This document shows positions 25,594 through 35,377 of a stretch of 64,000 nucleotides of DNA, one piece after another. The stretch lies in contig JBHGNT010000021.1 of NCBI GenBank assembly GCA_043228905.1, forward strand, positions 10,788,001 to 10,852,000, in the 5' to 3' direction. This DNA is from Azolla caroliniana. Its lineage: Eukaryota > Plantae > Polypodiophyta. The notes under the pieces were generated by a model. That model was not told the origin of the DNA, ran no database searches, and worked only from the letters and a program-made list of their open reading frames with translations. The translations under genes were made by a program, and so were the position numbers. Position 1 is the stretch's first letter. The number at the start of each line of letters is the position of its first letter.

Positions 25594-28386
25594 CTACAAT
25601 TTGGATGGAGCACAATCCGGATGTGGATCATTCGACCGAGAGTGGCCCGAGACACAGAAGACAAGGGAGAGGCAATAGAGTCGATCGACAGGGGCCAGAT
25701 TCGGTATGAAGGTGCCGATACGGGAGAGGGTGCGGGAGGAGCCGCCCTCTTTTACATGGGGAGAAAGACCGATCGGGCGAAGGTCAAGAATGGGGAAGAA
25801 GATGATCGAGGGTACGGAACGAGTCTGGAAGGATCGCCATTGGAGCCAAAACTCCGGACATTGGAGAATCAAGCCCAGGTGGGGCTTGATCGATCATAGA
25901 GCGGATGCTTTCCACCAACACCACTAAAAGGGTCAGTGGCCTTGGACGAGTCTTCGGGAGCCATTTCGGAATCGTTACCCCCACATCTCATCCGGAGACT
26001 CTGGCAGCCGGCTTGATAGACGACATGAGACCTAGAGAGATGGAAGATGGAGGCGGGAGCACAACAAGAAGGTCTACGACGAGTTCGAGAGAAGAACACG
26101 GAAGTAGAGGAACAAAGACCAGTCCTATGGGTCACCTCACAGTGGGCTAGAGACTTGGCGGTTGGCATCGGATCCACGTAAGACCAAGATACTAACGATG
26201 GCAGCAAGAGAACGGGACCGGGAAATTCAGAGTGACGGATGAACCCGAACAAGAACCGGGCGAAGCGAACATCCGGATAACCAATCCAGAAGCGGAGGAA
26301 CGAAGACCGGTCCTATGGGTCACCTCACACCGGGCTAGAGACTTTGGCAGTCGGCATCGGATCCGACGTAAGACCAAGATATTGACGTTGGCAGCAGGAG
26401 AACGAGATCCGATGATGCAGAGAGAGATCGGACGAGCCCGGATGAGAACCGGGAGAGGAGACTTCCGGATAACCGATCCAGAAGGGAGGAGGAAACATGC
26501 CTATGAAGAGGCCGGAACACGGTACATTGGTACCACGGGAGAGGGTGTGGAGCACGCCACCCTTTTGACTTGCGGAGAAGGACAATCCAGGATAGGGTCG
26601 GGAAAGACGAGAGGCACAAGGGGGATCCTTCACACTAGGCTAGAGACTTCAGCAGTCGGCAGCGGAGCCGACGTAAGACCGAGAGACTGACGGTGGCGGA
26701 GAGGGGATGAGGGCAAAGGTAGGAATGGGGTGATCCTACGGCGATCCTCACAACGATCTGGAGACTCCTGCAGTCGACCCAAGAGCCAGCGTGAGACCTA
26801 GAGAGAAGGACGGTGGCGGCAGGTGAACGGGATCCGACAAAGCAAGGGTCGAAAGAGCGGAAAGAGGCATAAGTCCGGCGACGCGGCCACAGACCGGATA
26901 CGGACCCAATCAGCATGGGTCAGAAGGACAGAGATCGGGCGCACTTGGAACACAAGTAGGTTGCCTAACGGATCGGAGGCCCAAGGAGGATCCTCCACAC
27001 CGAGCTAGAGACTTTGGCGGTCGGCATTGGATCCGATGTAAGACAAAGATACTGATGGTGGCGGCGAGGGGACGAAGGCAAAGGTAGGGATGGGGCGATC
27101 CTATGGCGATCCTCACACCGATCCGGAGACTCTGGTAGTCAGCCCAAGAGCCAACGTGAGACCTAGAGAGAAGGACGGTGGCGGCAGGTGGATGGGATCC
27201 GACAAAGCAAGGGCCGATAGAGCGGAAAGAGGTATAACGCCGGCGGCGTGGCCACAGACCGGATACGGACCCGATCGGCAAGGGTCAGTAGGACGAAGAT
27301 GGGACGCGCTTGGTACACGAGGCGGTGGTTGAGACATATCGGAGGCCGGAGAAGGATCCTCCATACCGGGCTAGAGACTTCGGCGGCGAGGGGACGAAGG
27401 CCGTAGCAAAAAAGGCACCGAGCAACCAAGCGTAAGACCAAGATACTGACGGTGGCGGTGAGGGGATGAAGGTCGTAGCAGCAGAGGCACCAAGCAACCA
27501 AGGCATCGCGAGAACAACGAAGGCTAGGCGGGCCGAAACGGGCAAGGGTGATCCTTCGTGGATAGCAGCAGGGAAAGCTACCAAGGACACCCAAGCAGGG
27601 AGAGGTGTGTCGAACCGAAAAGGGCACACCCAGAAGCGGATTGGAAGACGTGCGTGTGGCCATCGAGGGCCGAAGCAAAGCACGGGTATGGAACGGTGTT
27701 CAGCACAGCCAGTGCCGAGCAAGGAAGGTGGAAGACGGCACACGATGGTGTCGGGTCGGAAACCGGCCGCAAAGAAAGATTGCACGGTTCGGTGGTCTCA
27801 CAAAGAAGGCCGGGGAGGGATCCTCCACACTGGTTCCGGAGACTTCGGCGGTTCAGCCGCCGTGGCAACGTAGGACCGAGGAGAAGGAAGGTGGCGGCGA
27901 GGGGACGAAAGCGATGAACAACGGCACAGAATGGCAATCAGGACGACACAAAGGTCGACAGAGGCCAAGTGGCCACTACAAGTGTCCCGTAGGCGGAGGA
28001 CACTGAGCATACGGCGGGATGCAGAGCATGCATACGGTCGATCAAGCCTACGGAAAGAAAGCGTGGAACGGACTACTGTTGTAACCTAACCTACCTTAGT
28101 CCGGCTCAAAGCTGGAGTTGTATCTTACTCTTGTACATATATAATGAAGTTTTGGGCATCTGTGTCTGTGTATGCGTCTTCGGGGTTTCTTCTTTCCTTT
28201 TCTGTACATGTGTAGCGTGCGTTGAGTCGGTGTTGCACGTATTCTCTGTCTCTCCCTCTCTCGTGTTCGATAGCCTTCGGTACGCATCCGGAATCGTTCC
28301 GGTTTGCGCCATAGCCGGTGCAGCCGGGACTGGAGAGGGTCGGTGGTCCTGCCCGATCCAACATAGGCACGCGGAATACCGCGACA
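25594..28386 (+). mobile_element. 3' part/LTR of a GC-rich LTR element with internal repeats, ending ...CCGCGACA and inserted at ACGT within another LTR
   Basis: Repeated GGGCTAGAGACTTxGGCxGTCGGCATCGGATCCGACGTAAGACCAAGAT blocks; TATA-like at ~28138; terminus homologous to the minus-strand terminus at 40301; followed by ACGT at 28387-28390. Confidence 0.65.
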
Positions 28387-31300
28387 ACGTAGTGACGGAT
28401 CTTCACGACATAATTAAGTGGTGAACCCGACGTGAAGAAGCGGTAGGAAGGATCAAGACAAGGATCGACCAATACTTGGAGATGGCATCCTCAAGCAATC
28501 AAGTGGGAGAGTTTGAAAGAATGATGATAATCTTCGAACAAATGATGAGATCTAGGGACAACGATGCGAGTGTGGAGAAGGCCATCAACCGTATCGTGGA
28601 GGTCGAGGGTCAATTTGATGGAAGGAACATTACGAAGTTCCTGGATGTATACAAAAGGGAGATGAATCAAAGGGACGTGTCTGAAGCACGTCAAATCTCG
28701 AGTTTCAAGCGAGTTGTCGCCAACAACGTCCACAGGCGGGTCATCGAGCTTCAAGAAAGGAAGACAACGTGGTTAGAGTTTGAAAGAGCAATATTAGTGA
28801 AGGTTGCGATGGAAGATTTGTCGAGGATGACTCGACATGTCTTGATGAAGTGGATAGAAAAGAAAAATAAGAAGATGAGCGCCTCGAGGGTATACGACGA
28901 GTTAGACCAAATGTTTAGTCGTCTCCCTGCCACGGACCAAGTGCTACTTGAGGAGGACAAGACTTTGTACTTCCTGAAAGTTGTGGATATGAAGGTAAGA
29001 CGAGAATTGGGGACTCTCCTCGAAGATAATACCCAAGCGAACGGACTTGTGGCAAATTGGATTGCGGTGAAGAGAGCGTGCAACAAGATCAATAGACATC
29101 ATCAATGGCTTGATGACATCGACTTGGTAAGGCTGAGCATAGAAACAACAAGACCATGTAAAGAAGTCGAGCCGCCTAAACAACATATTCTAGACGAAAA
29201 GAAGATTGATGATGACTCGAGGACGGCGAAGGCCACTTTGAGGCAAGATGAATGTTTCGGGACACGTGTCATGTTCAAAACAACGAATGAAGAATGAGCA
29301 AGCCTAATCGAAGCTTTCGTCAAGGGAGATAAAGAGTGTGAGGACGACACGATGGAGGATCTAGCCACTAAAATTGACATCAAGGAGGTGGCTATGAACA
29401 AGAAAACAAGCATCGACAACGACCACAACCAAATTTTCTTTGCGCTTGTTTGAGAGACTTGGGCAGTTGCGTCCGAGAACCAACATGAGACCCAAGAGAT
29501 GGAAGGTGGTGACGAGGAACTGAAGGTCGAAGCTGATACATGCAACAAAGAGAGAAGGATAATGGAAGCTTGCTCGATCAAGAAGGTCAATGGGTACGAG
29601 GCCCATGATATTGAAGAGATAGCCACGAGAAATGACATCAAGTCAGAGGTGGTTATGAAAGAATTAATGGCAGATGGTCGCGTCGAGGATTCCTTCACAC
29701 AAGTTCCGGAGACTTGGGCAGTTGCAGAAAGCCAACATGAGACCCAAGAGATGGAAGGTGGTAGTAAGGGGAAGGACCAAGATGGAGTGTACAACATCAC
29801 GGCGAAGATAGATATGGACGAGTCAATGATGAATGATGGCAGTGACAAGACTTTCCCCACATTGGTTCCAGAGACATGGGTAGTTGCGTCCGAGAACCAA
29901 CAGAAGACCCAAGAGACGGAAGGTGGCAACAAGGGGGAGTTCAAATCTGATGTGAAAGATGACATCAAGACAAAGGCATCGAAGGCATCGAAGGCAATTG
30001 ACCAAAGACAAATGGATTCCTTCGCACATGCTCTAGAGACTTGGGCAGTTGTGGTTAAAAGCCAACATGAGACCCAAGAGACCGAAGATGATGGTGGGGA
30101 AGCGAAGGTCCAAGCTGCTGTAAATAACGATGTTGGGGAGTGGCCGACAAATACATATGGATCTCTCCACACTCGTTCTGGAGACTTGGGCATTAATCGA
30201 TGTAAGACCCAAGACAAGGACAATGACGACGAAGAAGCAAGGGTTGAAGCTGATGTGTGGGAGGAAGAGGTCAAGCAAAGCATAGAGACAAACGTTGATG
30301 CGTACAACAAAGAGTCTGAGCAAAGTATGACAAGGGATGATGATGGCCAAGCGAGCCATCAAGATCTGAAAGATGTGATCAAAACATCTAGCAAGACCCT
30401 AGTGTGAAGATTGTCAACTCTAACATGAGATTGTATCATGAAACTGGACAAAGTGAAAAATATAGAGCATGGTCGCGTAAGCATCTCAAAGTGGGCATGG
30501 ACTTGAAGGTACTACATGGGGTAGTCAATGTCATTATTCAAATAAAGGCTTGGGGAGAAAGACACAAAACAAAAATGTGTGACGGGTCAAAGTGCCTTGA
30601 GCAAGGAGACGATCAAGTCAAAGGTGGAACATGCATAAAAGCTAAACAGTTATGTTCAAAAAGAGAACAAGGGGTTGTGACAACTGGTCATGGTAAAACA
30701 AAGAATGAGTGAATGATATGGTGGATTGGGTGGCGACAATGGTTCGAGTGAAAGGAATAGACATGCTTGAAATGGAGCAATTGTAACGATCATCATAGCC
30801 GAAATCTCACACTCTCTCTTCTTGGCACATACCAGAGGACGTGCGGTTTTGTGGGGGTGGATGTCGTGAAGATTTTCGCCAACGGTGTGAAAATTGAATG
30901 GAATGTACAAAATCGAGTGTGGTTCTTCACACACAACATAAAAAAATAATAGTGAAGATACTATTTTATACTAGTTTAATATCTTGGTACAAAAAGATGG
31001 AGGTCTTCAAGAGCTTTCGAATACACTTTACCGCATAAGAAATGGACAACTAAGTGGCAAGTTATGCGGGTATGAAGTTTGCGAAGAAGAAGGGAAAAAA
31101 ACAACAACGAGATATCCCACATAGACAAGACAAATAAGGATCCCAGAGTATATAAGCAGGGCCAAAATCTATTACCTTGTGTTTATGAGTGGATCATAGA
31201 ATGTTTAAGGTGACTTGAGTTAAACTAACTAAATGAATGGGTGTAGCCTAATTACTTATTAAGGTTTTGGCCGACTGGACGGCGTCGGCGAGGCTTTTCG

Positions 31301-31841
31301 ATGTAAATACAAGACCAAAAGCCTAGTAGTATTTTGTTTTTTAAAAGGGATGTGAGCAAGGCTTGAACCTTGCACCTCCAAGATAGGAAGCAATATACTT
31401 ACCACTAAGCCAAGTCACTTCCTTAAAAGTAATATTTTTATCATTATACTTTTACATGTAAATTCTCATACATGAGAGCTTAGATGATGACATGGCAAGC
31501 ATGCATTTCATGCATTACGTGCATGTCTTGCACCCTCACATGCACCATATGCATGGGGGCATCTATAAAAAAGTGGAGGAATCAAGCAAATGAAACTAAT
31601 GAAAAATTTGGGAAAAAAAAGAAAAGAAACTTGTAATCTTATTGTTGATGTATCTTCTCTCTTAAATCTAAAAGTTAAAAGTTCAATCTTTATCTCAATA
31701 TCTCTCTTTCATCATATCAATCTCTCTCAATCTATCTTAAATACTTTCTCGCTAAAGTTAGTGCAAACTTTGAATCCTTCCGGTCCAAGACCCCGGTGGT
31801 TCCGCCTCACGATCCGCACGTAGTGACGGATCTTCACGACA
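28387..31841 (+). mobile_element. Second tRNA-Trp-primed non-autonomous LTR element: gag plus acidic repeat ORF
   Basis: 5' LTR remnant 28387-28410; PBS TGGTGAACCCGACGTGAA at 28419-28436; gag 28482-29297 homologous to the 12249 gag (FDGRNITKFL vs FSGKDTTSYL); purine tract then 3' LTR 30862-31841 bounded by TGTCGTGAAGA...TCTTCACGACA; ACGT follows. Confidence 0.85.
31347..31422 (-). other. tRNA-derived Pol III-type cassette within an LTR
   Basis: The minus strand reads GGAAGTGA-CT-TGGCTTAGTGGTAAGT...GCAAGGTTCAAGCCTTGC-TCACATCC-CTTTT: A box, B box, T-arm, acceptor-like stem and an oligo-T terminator. Confidence 0.65.
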
Positions 31842-32527
31842 ACGTGGCCTACCACGCATGGACCAAGCACATCTAGAGGAGATATCACTAGCTCCAAGAG
31901 AAGGTAGAAGATAAAGGGTTCTTGCTGACGATGATCCATACAAAGGAGAATGGGTCGGACGTGCTAACCAAGGTGTTGTCAACCAACAAGCTGGACGTGT
32001 GTAGGAGACATATCATATTGACAAGGCATCCCATGCCGGAGTGAAGGGGGAGCCTGTTGGGAATTTGGTCCCTCCGGACGAGACGAATGGGACGAGCCGA
32101 AGGAAGGAACCGGACCGGACGGATCTGGTGTGAACCAGATCCAGGGACATATCTGTAAATAGGTTTCTAGTGTGCCTGTCATGGCCATATTTGTAAATAG
32201 TCCTTATATCATATAAGTATAAATATGACTTAGGACAAACACTTTAAAAAGTGTGGGAGGTTGTTATCATTTTAGTTGTACAGAGAGTGAGAGAGACATA
32301 GAAAGCATTTTCTATTGTAACCGCCAGTTGGCAAAGACATAGAGCTCAAGGTCGTTGCCTCTGAATCTCACATGATTGTATCCTTCCTCTCATAATGATA
32401 GTTGGAGTCTATGGGCTCCCACGTTAATATCTTGTGTCTGTCTTATTTCTATTTTCTGTTTTCTTCCATTGAGTGAGTAAGACTCGGTTGTGGCCAAGCA
32501 CTATTCCACACATAATAGACTCTAACA
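31842..32527 (+). mobile_element. 3' end of a Ty1/copia element (RNase H tail, PPT, LTR)
   Basis: YHAWTKHI...IHTKENGSDVLTKVL; PPT GTGAAGGGGGAG; LTR 32055 TGTTGGG...CTAACA 32527. Confidence 0.8.
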
Positions 32528-32559
32528 AACTATGTATTCTACAACTATGGAAGATTCCA

Positions 32560-33290
32560 TGTAAGCAAAGCTAGTGATAAGTAATGCATATTCCATGAAT
32601 TTCCATGGTCGAATGTACCATGATCTCTCAAGGTACCAACTATTTACACTCGTTGCTTAGCCCAACACAGGCATAAAAATCTATTGCAATGAAGAGAAGT
32701 GTTGGAATGGTTGATTTTTTAAACTTGGAGTTTAGCATTATGTTTCAATATAAAAATGACATTAAGTTTCTGCAGGTGAAGCTACACGTCAGAGCTACCA
32801 TAACACACTTTTTGCTATGTTTGATGTCACCTCTTTCTAACAAAAAAGTCATGACAATGGCAACCCCTTTATGTCATATGCCATTATCTCAATGGGAAGC
32901 AATCTCATCTTAAGAAGTGGGTGGGGAGGGTGTATGATTGTTTTTGGCTGGACACAATTTGTAGTAAAACACTTTTCCACATTTTCAAACACTTTCCAAC
33001 TAGACGTAAGTATCGTACTTCCACCCCATAGAGAAGCACTAGTATCATCAAATTTCGACCGCCGAAAATATATTTTCCATTGGTGTCACCGTTGCAAATG
33101 TTTTCCGATGCATAATAAGCAAAACTCTCTCTAAAGTTCCCATAATACAAGAGGTTGCTAATTCTAATAGCTATCCCATCTAATTCATTAAACGCACCAC
33201 TATTTCTGTAAATCACACTCATGAGGGTGGTGGTGGCTTTTGCAGATCACTGGATTCTACCATAATAAGGCTAACAAGGTAACCTGATTC
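32560..33290 (-). mobile_element. Possible highly decayed LINE ORF2 3' fragment
   Basis: Broken Trp/Cys/His-containing frames only; no intact diagnostic motif. Confidence 0.3.
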
Positions 33291-33382
33291 TAGAGTATGA
33301 TGCAATTGTGCAATCTAGGCCAACACACAAATACGTATATATGTATGTGTTCATGGTATGGTGTAAAGGGGTGGTGGGTCAA

Positions 33383-34777
33383 CATGTCTATTTTGAGACA
33401 AATCATTAATAGGGTTGGTGAGGGAATCACAACCCTAGACGGTGCAGGTCGCTCAAAGCATGGCGCGTGCGATCTGCACCGTCCGATTTGGATAATAAAA
33501 AATCGCGCGACCAAAAATGTTGTCCTCGGTCGCCCAACTCTGAGTCCTTGGTCGCCCAACCCTATCAAAGGCCGCCCAACTACATATTGTGGTCACCCAA
33601 CCTACATATTGTGTTTGCCCAACCTGCCATTTTAGTTTGGTTGCCCAATTGAGTTTTAATGTGGCTATGTGGTTGCCCAACCGAGTTTTAATGTGACCAT
33701 GTGGTTGCCCAACCTTTTAATCAATGACTATAAAACCATAAAAGTTGTCATTATCTCTCAATTTTTCAAATGAGATTGACATGTTCTTTTGCCTGGAAAA
33801 AGATTTTCCTTCAAGCGGCTTGCAATCGACATTCCCAGCAATCACTTCTGCAATCGGTGCCCTACTATTTCCCAGGTATGTATTTGTGTTTGTCTCTACA
33901 TTTTGCTGATTTTTTTTTTGATGTGGTTGGCTTTTCTCGAAAAGCATTTAATAACATATTCCACTGAGTGAAATAAGGTAGAATTGTTTCCATTACTTTC
34001 CTAAACCCTAAATCGTAATGTAGAACTGTTTCCATTACTTTCCTTTAGTCTAATGAATTATTGTTTTTTGGAAACATCATTTGAACCTTATGTGTAATGG
34101 TGGTTTGATTTGAAACATATTTCATTATTATAGTAAGTTGGTTTTGCATTTGTATTTTTGTTGCAAACTATATAATCTAAGGAAAAGGTGCACTAGAAAG
34201 AAATGTTGTATTGCCAATAGTTAGTGTGATTGATATGTAGCACATATATTGATCGATAAACTTCACATATTGAATCAATCATATATTAATATCTTCCTCA
34301 ATCAATGAGGAATACATTAAGAATCAATTGCTAGTTGCTAAAATCCCTAAACCAAATGCCCAAAACCCTAAAAAAGAAAGAAGTTGAAGAAGAAGAAAAC
34401 CCACATGATATCAAAATTGGCCAATAGGCAAAATAAACCCGCTTCTCAATAAGAGAGGAAAAGAGATTTGAACCTTGCACCTATGAACCAAAAGGAATAA
34501 CTCCAACTAGTACACCATTATATCTTAATATTATTTTTATTAAGTAATTAATTTATTATTCTAAAATAGTTGGGTGGTTGGGCAACCTACACTGGTCAAG
34601 GGTTGGGCGACCAAAGACTAAGAGTTGGGCGACCTCTGACAGATTTTTTTTCGTGCGTTCTTTCTTATCCAAATCGGACGGTGCAAATCGAATGCGCCTT
34701 CCTCTAAGCAACTTGCACCGTTTGTGGCCGCGATTCCCTCGCCAACCCTATTTATGATTTGGTATAAAATAGACATG
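33383..34777. mobile_element. Non-autonomous TIR element (MULE-like) with ~200-bp TIRs
   Basis: CATGTCTATTTT...GCACCGTCCGATTTGGATAA...GGTCGCCCAAC is mirrored at 34580-34777. GTGGTGGGTCAA is directly repeated at 33371-33382 and 34781-34792. Confidence 0.8.
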
Positions 34778-34885
34778 AGCGTGGTGGGTCAATCAATGTA
34801 TGTATGTATGTATCAGTATGTATGGATGTAAAACAACAGCATTGGAGGGAGGTGGGCGTGTGCATCGGGAGACATCTTATGTTTC

Positions 34886-34887
<2 letters not shown>

Positions 34888-34947
<60 letters not shown>
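34888..34947. repeat. (CT)n(AT)n compound microsatellite
   Basis: Direct reading. Confidence 0.95.
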
Positions 34948-35315
34948 TCCATATATGTATATATTGTGGTGCGCATATATATACACACACAGTGAAATGC
35001 ACATGAGAGAACACATGCGCACCACAATATATACATATATGGGAGTGGAATGATTTGAGGGTTGAAGAAGGAATTCCATTTCAAGAAGGTTCCATAGATA
35101 TATATGTATGTATATATGGAAGTGAAATGATTTGAGGTTTGAAGAAGGAATCACATATGTGAGGAGGCCATTCATTTCCCGTTTGATGGATGGATGGATG
35201 GAAGTGCAGATTGGAAGACAGAAGACATGGTTGGCAAGGCAAATGAGTTGGGGGCTGGAGTGAAGGAACCGTTTAGGAATGAATGGATTATGAAAATGGT
35301 GGCCGGGGGGATATG

Positions 35316-35316
35316 T

Positions 35317-35360
<44 letters not shown>
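35316..35360. repeat. (ATG)n microsatellite just 5' of the PPR ORF
   Basis: ~15 ATG units followed by TAA. Confidence 0.95.
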
Positions 35361-35361
<1 letters not shown>

Positions 35362-35377
35362 TAAGGGGTGATATGAG

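Noticed and set aside
25594-28010. Many GC-rich ORFs on both strands
   Set aside because: No recognisable domain; explained by GC-rich internal repeats of a retroelement
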